The position numbers and the translations under genes were made by a program. A stretch of DNA of 64,000 bases, taken from IMG/VR virus record IMGVR_UViG_3300023108_000014, positions 15,603-79,602 of that record, one strand, 5' to 3'. The DNA comes from a virus. Below, piece by piece: positions 56,864 to 64,000 of the stretch (the first letter of the stretch is position 1; each line of letters starts with the position of its first letter). Below the pieces are notes generated by a model, which was given only the letters and a program-made list of their open reading frames with translations, was not told the origin of the DNA and searched no databases.

Positions 56864-56892
56864 TTGACAAACTACTGTGTAGAATATATATT
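56864..56892 (+). promoter_or_regulatory. Sigma70-type promoter
   Basis: TTGACA-N17-TATATT. Confidence 0.65.
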
Positions 56893-56921
56893 ATGAATAA
56901 GTTAAACAGGAGGGTATAGAT

Positions 56922-58124
56922 ATGGCACTACCTAAGCGTACAAAAAAGAAAACAGTTCGTGCTCGTCGCAGAGGCAGCGAATGGGATAACATGCCAACAA
57001 AGACATGGCATGGAGCACATTATTATGTGCATTATGAAATTGAATCTAAAAGTTGGGGCAATAAATGTCGAGAATGGTTCAAAGCAAATCTTGACAAGAA
57101 AACTATTGCAAAAATTAACAAACTGCCAAACTGGAAAGTAGATGGTAAGAGTCACTATGCACTAGCAGCACATTGTGAAATGCATCATCCTGAATTAATT
57201 CACACGTCTTATGTCGGTGCTATGCAGCGTTGGGCAGAAAAACTTGCTGCTGAAGGTGAGTTAGTTGTAGAAGAAAAGAAAACAGAAGAAAAGAAAAAAG
57301 ACGTATATGTTCCTACAATCCAAGAACGTATTACAGAACAGTCTTGGAATCTTGCTGAAGATATTGACGAATGGCTTGAAGGCTTTGTGTCAGATAAAGA
57401 TAATTTTGATCCTAAAGGATTTGATTTCAAGCAACATTTTGCTGGCAAAAAAATTACACAAGCACATGCACGTAAGATGAAAACGTTTTTTGCAAACGAA
57501 CTTGCAGACTTTGATGAATTGGAGCGTATGCCAACAGCAGGTCAACTTAAAAAAATGGACGAGACTGAAGCAGATCAATGGGCTCAACTCAAGGAAGGTT
57601 ATAGTCATCTTAAAAAGAGCGATATCAAAAAGTATCGAGAGGCTATCGGTAATTTGATGACTGCACTAGATTTTATTATCGACAGTGCTAAAGCAACACG
57701 CAAACCACGTAAGCCAAAAGTTTACTCAGCAGACAAACTTGTAAGCAAACTTAAATTCTGTGTCACAGATGAGAAGTTTAAACTTGCTAGTATTTCTCCT
57801 ACAGAAATTATTGGTGCAAACGAACTTTGGGTGTTTAACAGAAAAACTCGCAAGATTGGCAAATATATTGCCGCCAACCCTGATCCGACAGGCATGGGTA
57901 GAGACGGTAGTGGGTTACAAGTAAAAGGTACTACAGTTACAGGCTTTAAAGAAAATGAAAGCATACAAAAGACACTTCGTAAGCCTGAAGAGCAACTCAA
58001 AGAGTTTAAGGCAGCAGGCAAAGTTAAATTACGAAAGTATCTTGATGAAATCAAAACAACTGATACAAAACTAAATGGACGTATCAATCCTGACACAATT
58101 TTATTAAAGGTTGTCACAAAATGA
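56922..58124 (+). CDS. Conserved hypothetical phage protein (basic)
   Basis: 400-aa ORF with AGGAGG RBS; VKGTT, KTLRKPEEQL, LNGRIN. Confidence 0.8.
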   Translation: MALPKRTKKKTVRARRRGSEWDNMPTKTWHGAHYYVHYEIESKSWGNKCREWFKANLDKKTIAKINKLPNWKVDGKSHYALAAHCEMHHPELIHTSYVGAMQRWAEKLAAEGELVVEEKKTEEKKKDVYVPTIQERITEQSWNLAEDIDEWLEGFVSDKDNFDPKGFDFKQHFAGKKITQAHARKMKTFFANELADFDELERMPTAGQLKKMDETEADQWAQLKEGYSHLKKSDIKKYREAIGNLMTALDFIIDSAKATRKPRKPKVYSADKLVSKLKFCVTDEKFKLASISPTEIIGANELWVFNRKTRKIGKYIAANPDPTGMGRDGSGLQVKGTTVTGFKENESIQKTLRKPEEQLKEFKAAGKVKLRKYLDEIKTTDTKLNGRINPDTILLKVVTK

Positions 58125-58151
58125 AATTAGAATTACATAGAAAGGTTTTAG

Positions 58152-58346
58152 ATGAACAGTAAACTAGACGGACCATTAGTGTCTGCATTTGAAGCAGATG
58201 TAGAAGGTGTAGTAAAACAAGAATTTATTACATATCGTATCAAAAACGGTATGCTTAGAAAAGAAACTACAGTTAGGACGTTTACCAAAGATCATACTGA
58301 TTGGATTGACACTTCAACTGTACATCCACTAGCGGAGGTAAAATAA
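58152..58346 (+). CDS. Hypothetical protein
   Basis: ORF within the operon. Confidence 0.6.
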   Translation: MNSKLDGPLVSAFEADVEGVVKQEFITYRIKNGMLRKETTVRTFTKDHTDWIDTSTVHPLAEVK

Positions 58347-58509
58347 TGCCAGAACCGGTAGATGTTTCAAAAAAGCATTTTTATCTAAGTTTAGTTAAAA
58401 GTGCAGTAAGACTAGCCGGATGCCTTTGGGCGGCTGGTACAGGCTCAGTTGTAGTTCTAGCACTATTTTTTGCTATTGCTGAATTTATCGGAATTTGGGA
58501 GGAATTATA

Positions 58510-59097
58510 ATGCCATTAATACCTATGGTAGTAGAATCAGAATCAAAAGGAGAACGATCCTACGACATTTACAGTCGACTGCTTAAAGATCGAATTGTAA
58601 TGTTAAACGGCCCAGTTGAAGATAATAGTGCCAATATTGTTGTTGCACAGTTGTTATTTTTAGAAGCACAAAATTCCCAAAAGCCTATTAAGTTTTATAT
58701 TAATTCACCGGGAGGTGTTATTACGAGTGGTATGGGCATTTATGATACAATGCAATACATTCAATCGCCTGTGCATACAATTGTATTAGGACAGGCATGT
58801 TCAATGGGTAGTTTCCTAGCTCAAGCAGGTCATCCAGGAAAACGCTTCTTGTTGCCTAATGCTAGACATATGATTCACCAACCAAGTGGTGGTGCTCGTG
58901 GTATGGCAAGCGACATTGAGATTTCATATCGTGAAATTCAATATTGGAAAAAACGTTTGACTGAACTTTATGTGCAACATAACACTAAAGGTAAGACTTA
59001 CGAAGATTTCGAAAGAGACATGGATCGAGATACATTTATGAGTGCAGAAGAAGCAGTCAATTATGGATTAGCAGATAGTATTATTCAGCCAAGATAA
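58510..59097 (+). CDS. clpP: ATP-dependent Clp protease proteolytic subunit
   Basis: [42 protein letters not shown]; start ATG 58510 after GGAGG. Confidence 0.96.
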   Translation: MPLIPMVVESESKGERSYDIYSRLLKDRIVMLNGPVEDNSANIVVAQLLFLEAQNSQKPIKFYINSPGGVITSGMGIYDTMQYIQSPVHTIVLGQACSMGSFLAQAGHPGKRFLLPNARHMIHQPSGGARGMASDIEISYREIQYWKKRLTELYVQHNTKGKTYEDFERDMDRDTFMSAEEAVNYGLADSIIQPR

Positions 59098-59111
59098 CTT
59101 ATAAATATCGT

Positions 59112-59417
59112 ATGAAGGCAAATATTGATAAGGCAAACAAGATAGACAAACAAGTTGCCCGTTGGGATGTATATGCTAAAATAGCACCAACGGTTTTTTT
59201 GTCGGGGTGTTTTGTTTCACTCAGTTATGGGATAAGTAGTTTTAACACACTATTCAATGTTGGAATGGTGTTGTTTGCTATGACAGCAGTAGTGTGGTGG
59301 TTTTGGACTATTTTTACAGTAAGGTTTATTGTAAAAACTATGAGTAATGCTACCAAAGAACTTCTTGAAGTAAAAGATGAACTATCTGCTATAAAAGACG
59401 AACTGAGGAAACAATGA
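59112..59417 (+). CDS. Membrane protein (2 TM plus coiled coil)
   Basis: Hydrophobic helices; TAAATA-N4-ATG. Confidence 0.65.
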   Translation: MKANIDKANKIDKQVARWDVYAKIAPTVFLSGCFVSLSYGISSFNTLFNVGMVLFAMTAVVWWFWTIFTVRFIVKTMSNATKELLEVKDELSAIKDELRKQ

Positions 59418-59884
59418 AATACCTAGCAGTAATAAGTATAAACATAATAAGTGGCATCAGTCTTGCCACTTTGATAATAATGGGTGTAACATACCTAAGT
59501 TTCAAAAATACGAATGTATTCCAAAATGTTAAAATAGAGATTGTTAACAATCCTGTAAGTGGCCACGATGATATTGTGTTCCATATGCAAGGATTTAAAC
59601 CATACGAATGCGCAAGCACAGATGTCTACGGTATAGCACATGCAGCAGATGGAAGTCATAGTCATAAACTACACACATTTACAAAACAATACATACGCAA
59701 TACTCGTCCTGGTGAAGAAGTTCCTAATGCTTGGGCAATGGAACGACCAGAAGATATGGACAAAGGTGGCAGATATTTTGTCACAATGACTGGCGAATTT
59801 GTGTGCAATCACTGGGCATTCAAAGTTCCTAAAACACAATCATATCATAACATACTTTTAATAGCATTACCAGTTGACAAATAA
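59414..59884 (+). CDS. Membrane-anchored hypothetical protein
   Basis: N-terminal TM. Confidence 0.65.
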   Translation: MKYLAVISINIISGISLATLIIMGVTYLSFKNTNVFQNVKIEIVNNPVSGHDDIVFHMQGFKPYECASTDVYGIAHAADGSHSHKLHTFTKQYIRNTRPGEEVPNAWAMERPEDMDKGGRYFVTMTGEFVCNHWAFKVPKTQSYHNILLIALPVDK

Positions 59885-59912
59885 ATTAAAATATTGTAAT
59901 ATAAGTAACAAC

Positions 59913-59948
59913 AGTGGACTAGCGTCGACCCACTTTAAATACTCCGCC
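59913..59948 (+). promoter_or_regulatory. Candidate preQ1-I-like riboswitch upstream of queD
   Basis: AGTGG-12-nt loop-CCACT plus A-rich tail with CGC able to pair loop GCG; just after a TTGACA-N17-TAATAT promoter (59874-59902). Confidence 0.4.
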
Positions 59949-59976
59949 GTGTAGCCAACAGTATAGGAGATTTAAT

Positions 59977-60453
59977 ATGGCATATTACAGTACAAAAACA
60001 TACGGGCACAACATTGGATTGAGTGCCTGCTTTAGACAACCTAAAGCACATTCGCATTGTAAGTTCTTACATGGTTATAGTCTAGCATTTAAATTTACAT
60101 TTGGTGCAAGTGAACTTGACGAACGCAACTGGGTTGTAGACTTTGGTGGATTGAAACCACTGAAAGCATGGCTTGAAGATACATTTGATCACAAGGTTGT
60201 GTTAGATTATGACGATCCAGAAATGATAACATTTGAATTGTTACAAGAAAAAGGTCTTGCTGAACTAACACTGTTAAATGGTGTAGGTGTAGAACGTTTT
60301 GCTTTCCACGCTTGGGTATTCGCAAACAATCTTGTGCGTGAAATGACAGATGGTCGTTGCTGGTGCGAAAGTGTTGAGTGTATGGAGCATGGCGCTAACA
60401 GTGCTATCTACACACCATTTACTACACAAAAAATGACTTATGCCGAAGATTGA
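59977..60453 (+). CDS. queD: 6-carboxytetrahydropterin synthase (QueD/PTPS)
   Basis: SHCKFLHGYS, WVVDFGGLK, FDH, EHGANSA. Confidence 0.88.
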   Translation: MAYYSTKTYGHNIGLSACFRQPKAHSHCKFLHGYSLAFKFTFGASELDERNWVVDFGGLKPLKAWLEDTFDHKVVLDYDDPEMITFELLQEKGLAELTLLNGVGVERFAFHAWVFANNLVREMTDGRCWCESVECMEHGANSAIYTPFTTQKMTYAED

Positions 60454-61249
60454 TAAAACTAACCTAACAAAAGAAGAATGGCGTATTATACGTGATCAGC
60501 GTAGAAGAGAAAAGGATGCTGACTTTGTCTCTTATGAAAATGACGGACACGAACGTCATGTTATTTGTTTAAAACATGGAAACAAATACGGACCTGAATA
60601 TGTAAACAAACTTTATAATATGGTCAAGCGTAATCTAACGCTTGATCATAAATTTATATGCTTTACAGAAGATACTAGAGGAATAGATAGCCATATTGAA
60701 TGTCATCCTTTACCGGGCATCAAAGCACAAGGCTGGTGGTATAAACCTTGGTTTTTAAGCACACAACTTCCTTTTAAAGGAACCTTTTTGTATCTTGATT
60801 TAGACTTAATTGTTTTTAACAATATAGATAAACTGTTTACCTATCAACCTGATGTTGGCTTTATTATAATTAGAGATTTTAATAGACAGATTAGATCTAA
60901 TTGGGATAGAATGAATTCTAGTGTATTCCGTTGTAAAGTAGGTAGTCAATATAATGCTTGGGCAGAATTTGAAAAGAATGCAATGAATCATATGCGAAGA
61001 TTTCCAGGTGATCAAGATTTTATGTATAGAATGATAAAAAATGATTATGCATTTTTTCCTGATTCTTGGATACAAAGTTACAAATGGGAAATGCGTGGGC
61101 GTGATACACTTACTGTTACAGCAGGAGGTAGAAATTTTAAAACACCGGGCAAGCCTAAAATATTAAAAGATACAAGTATTGCAGTCTTTCATGGTCTTCC
61201 TAATATACCTGATGCAGTTGATGACTGGCCTAAGGAGCACTGGTATTGA
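60440..61249 (+). CDS. Glycosyltransferase (GT-A, DxD)
   Basis: KYGPEYVNKL, CFTED, GWWYK, YLDLD, NSSV, GDQD, VFHG.P. Confidence 0.8.
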   Translation: MPKIDKTNLTKEEWRIIRDQRRREKDADFVSYENDGHERHVICLKHGNKYGPEYVNKLYNMVKRNLTLDHKFICFTEDTRGIDSHIECHPLPGIKAQGWWYKPWFLSTQLPFKGTFLYLDLDLIVFNNIDKLFTYQPDVGFIIIRDFNRQIRSNWDRMNSSVFRCKVGSQYNAWAEFEKNAMNHMRRFPGDQDFMYRMIKNDYAFFPDSWIQSYKWEMRGRDTLTVTAGGRNFKTPGKPKILKDTSIAVFHGLPNIPDAVDDWPKEHWY

Positions 61250-61373
61250 ATAGAATAAAAGATTTTTTCACATGGTACAAAAACTTGACAAAACACGGCT
61301 ATGGTCGTATAATGAGTATTGAAATGGCATGGTACAATAGTAAATATTATGACACAGACGGTAATTACAAATA

Positions 61374-62495
61374 ATGAATGATTTAAAATTTACAAGTGCA
61401 GGAGATTATATGAAAAGTATGCAAAAGCGTATTGGTTTTGCTTGCAAATATATGCATCCTGATCAAACACAAAAGAAAAAGTTGCTAGAGGAAATACAGC
61501 GTCCGCTAAATACTAGAGCAACTACAGTAGCATGGCTTAATAGGCAAACGGTTGCTGATGCAGAAGAACGCTTGTGGGAACTTATGGTTCACAACATTGC
61601 GTCATACAAAAGGTTGATTGAATATGTTGGAAGCCTTCCTCAAGAGTTACGTATGGTACGATTGGGCTCTGATGTTCTTCCTGTTTATACCGAGCCTACT
61701 TGGTGCTATTTCTGGCGTTTGTCTAGCGTGGTTGAATACTGTGAAAGAGAATTCGCAAAAGTTGGTGAACGAGCCAGAGAACTTGATGTTAGGCTCTCAA
61801 TGCACCCAGGCCAATTTACAGTCCTTGCTTCAGATAGTCCAGAAATCGTCGAAAGATCAATCGAAGAATTCGAATACCACATAGATGTAGCGAGGTGGAT
61901 GGGTTATGGTAACAAGTTTCAAGATTTCAAGTGCAATGTCCACATATCAGGCCGCAAAGGTCCAGCCGGTATCAAAGACGCACTTAAACGTCTCTCGCCA
62001 GAAGCAAGAAACTGTATTACTATCGAAAACGACGAAAACAAATGGGGACTCGAACACAGTCTCGAGCTTGCAGACGATCTCGCTCTGGTGCTAGATATCC
62101 ATCATCATTGGTGTAGAGAAGGAGAATATATTGAACCTACTGACGATCGCTTTTACCGTGTTGTCGATAGTTGGCGTGGTGTGCGTCCTGTTATCCATTA
62201 CAGTGTTAGCCGTGAAGATGTACTCACAGACTTTGACACCGATGTACGACCAGACATGAACACACTACTTGAATCCGGATATAAAAAAGCAAAACTAAGA
62301 GCGCACTCAGACTTTATGTGGAACAATGCTGTTAACGACTGGGCATTAGAATTTTTGCCTTATGCTGATATTATGGTAGAATCCAAATGTAAGAACCTTG
62401 CTAGTATTGACCTATATAAATACTATATGGAGGAGAACAATGAACTTACTGAGTACAATGTACGCTCGTACAGCCCAGACCCAGTCATCATCTAA
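61374..62495 (+). CDS. uvsE: UV damage endonuclease
   Basis: RIGFACKY, RLGSD, RLSMHPGQF, TIENDE, LDIHHH, HSD, DIMVESK.KN; true start may be a downstream ATG. Confidence 0.92.
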   Translation: MNDLKFTSAGDYMKSMQKRIGFACKYMHPDQTQKKKLLEEIQRPLNTRATTVAWLNRQTVADAEERLWELMVHNIASYKRLIEYVGSLPQELRMVRLGSDVLPVYTEPTWCYFWRLSSVVEYCEREFAKVGERARELDVRLSMHPGQFTVLASDSPEIVERSIEEFEYHIDVARWMGYGNKFQDFKCNVHISGRKGPAGIKDALKRLSPEARNCITIENDENKWGLEHSLELADDLALVLDIHHHWCREGEYIEPTDDRFYRVVDSWRGVRPVIHYSVSREDVLTDFDTDVRPDMNTLLESGYKKAKLRAHSDFMWNNAVNDWALEFLPYADIMVESKCKNLASIDLYKYYMEENNELTEYNVRSYSPDPVII

Positions 62496-62688
62496 CAAAA
62501 ATCCTAACAGGGTTTTAGGAGGATTACGTGGTCAAGGTGTAGACAGCATTACAGTTCTAGGAGAAGATGGTGTAGAACATTCTTTGCCTTCCAAGGCTTA
62601 TATTCAAGGACTAGAAGAAAAAATCCGTACTATGGATGCTAAAATCCAAGTGCTTGAAAAGCAAATGAGGAGATCAAAAAATGCTTAA
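62440..62688 (+). CDS. Hypothetical coiled-coil protein
   Basis: GGAGGAG RBS and TATAAATA inside the uvsE 3' end. Confidence 0.7.
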   Translation: MNLLSTMYARTAQTQSSSNKNPNRVLGGLRGQGVDSITVLGEDGVEHSLPSKAYIQGLEEKIRTMDAKIQVLEKQMRRSKNA

Positions 62689-62838
62689 AAATTTAATTAA
62701 AAAGAAAATAGAAGAACGCTCTACTATTGACGGTGTGCTAATGGTCGCAGCAGGCGCAGCCATTATTATTTTTTCACCACTTACTAAACTAATTGCATAT
62801 GCAGCAATTGCATACGGTGCTTACACTATTTGGCGTAA

Positions 62839-63126
62839 CTAAAGCTTACTAATAGGTATAGCACTACTTGCCGTTAGTTTCCAAACTTTTTTAGCATTGA
62901 CTCCACGTTGTTGCGCAAAACGTTTTGCGTCACAGTTTTCACACACATGAAAGTAGTTATTATTAAGACGCTTAGGGTCCATGCTACCTCTTGGGCGTGT
63001 GAACTCATCTCCGCAACTATCACAGCGTAAAACTACCATTGTTTTCTTACGATTATAAGTATGATGCTTTCCTAGTTTACTACGGCGCATATGCCAGGTA
63101 TCTATTAAATATTCTTTTATAAACAT
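62839..63126 (-). CDS. Zinc-binding hypothetical protein
   Basis: CDSC...HVCENC; TAAATA-N5-ATG. Confidence 0.65.
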   Translation of the reverse strand: MFIKEYLIDTWHMRRSKLGKHHTYNRKKTMVVLRCDSCGDEFTRPRGSMDPKRLNNNYFHVCENCDAKRFAQQRGVNAKKVWKLTASSAIPISKL

Positions 63127-63182
63127 AACTATATTTACATTAAGATTATAAAAACAACCGATAAATATTAGAAAGGAACACT

Positions 63183-63545
63183 ATGAGCATACTAACTTTG
63201 ACCCCAGCAGCAGAGAAACAAATAGACTTTTTGAGCGAAGAGAACGATTGCTACGGCATTACTCTTAACATCAAGGGGGGCGGTTGTGCAGGTTTTGAGT
63301 ATGATTGGGGTACTATTGCAAGCCCTGCAGACTTAGAAGACGGCGACGAAGTAGTAAAAACTGCAAACGGATGTGCATTTGTAGTGGGTTCACACAGTTT
63401 AATGTTCCTAATAGGAACAGAAGTAGATTATGTAAAAAGTTTGGTTGGCGCAAACTTTGAAATACGCAATCCAAATGCGCATAGTAGTTGTGGTTGTGGA
63501 GTAAGTGTAAACTTTGATATGGACAATCTGGTACCACAGTTTTAA
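63183..63545 (+). CDS. A-type Fe-S cluster carrier (IscA/HesB family)
   Basis: GGGCAGFEY, GTEVDY, NPNA.SSCGCG.S. Confidence 0.92.
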   Translation: MSILTLTPAAEKQIDFLSEENDCYGITLNIKGGGCAGFEYDWGTIASPADLEDGDEVVKTANGCAFVVGSHSLMFLIGTEVDYVKSLVGANFEIRNPNAHSSCGCGVSVNFDMDNLVPQF

Positions 63546-63557
63546 AAGGAATAAAAA

Positions 63558-64000
63558 ATGGCTAAACAAGAAATTGATATTGGTTTAGAAGGCAACGACG
63601 GTACAGGCGATAGTATTCGTGAGTCGTTTCGTAAAGTAAACGAAAACTTTACTGAAGTATATGCAGTATTTGGGTTAGGTGGTCAAATTAGTTTTACATC
63701 ACTAGATGACACACCTGATAGTTTTGTAGGTAACGAAGGTAAAGTACCCCTAGTTAATGCAGCAGGTACAAAACTAGACTTTTATGAACTAGTATCTGAT
63801 GCAGGTACAAACGATCCTAGCGACACTGACAATACTATTACTTTTGAAGTAAGTGGTAATAAACTTATTGTAAAATCAATCAACACTAAATTATCAACAG
63901 ATGCTACTCCTGCTGTTCTTAATCCATTAAGTGTTGGCGCAGCGGCAGCATATACAAATAGTATCAATTCATTACTACGTGGATCAACTGCTGATGTAGA
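63558..64000 (+). CDS. Baseplate/tail-fibre protein N-terminus (T4 gp9/gp10-like), truncated by window edge
   Basis: MAKQEIDIGLEGNDGTGDSIRESFRKVNENFTEVY; AAGGA RBS. Confidence 0.8.
   Translation, partial: MAKQEIDIGLEGNDGTGDSIRESFRKVNENFTEVYAVFGLGGQISFTSLDDTPDSFVGNEGKVPLVNAAGTKLDFYELVSDAGTNDPSDTDNTITFEVSGNKLIVKSINTKLSTDATPAVLNPLSVGAAAAYTNSINSLLRGSTADV

Noticed and set aside
96-63967. Numerous short minus-strand and alternate-frame ORFs in the ORF track (e.g. 436-708, 5658-6158, 27245-27661, 41347-41748)
   Set aside because: They lie inside well-supported + strand genes, lack RBS or motifs, and look like antisense shadows of biased codon usage.

Overview
This 64 kb window is part of a large, AT-rich, T4-like (myovirus-type) phage genome. 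Almost all genes are on the + strand. The host is most plausibly an alphaproteobacterium, based on a permuted two-piece tmRNA with a GGCGGUA T-loop and an ANDNF...LAA tag, pseudoazurin, a zf-CHCC protein, hemO-pcyX and a ROSE-like thermometer. Contents in order: late/virion genes (1-12 kb); nrdA/nrdB/glutaredoxin/PAAR; tmRNA; host-envelope and respiration genes; bS21, guaC, hsp20, clpS and hemO-pcyX; a curli-like secretion plus CHASE2 adenylate cyclase module (35.5-46.6 kb); IF-1; six tRNAs; clpP, queD, uvsE and iscA; and the start of a baseplate/tail gene. The most striking unannotated element is a candidate ribosome-dependent transcription attenuator at 54668-54846. Its 19-codon leader (…AUA-UGU-AUA-AUA-UAU-UGG-CCA-CCU…) matches the tRNA-Ile(UAU), tRNA-Trp and tRNA-Pro(UGG) genes downstream. 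That operon also holds an unknown kissing-loop RNA and two structurally atypical tRNAs. Other candidates are an A_AAA_AAG -1 frameshift, a class of leaderless late genes and a preQ1-I-like 5' hairpin. All calls come from reading the sequence and recognising motifs; no searches or folding programs were run.
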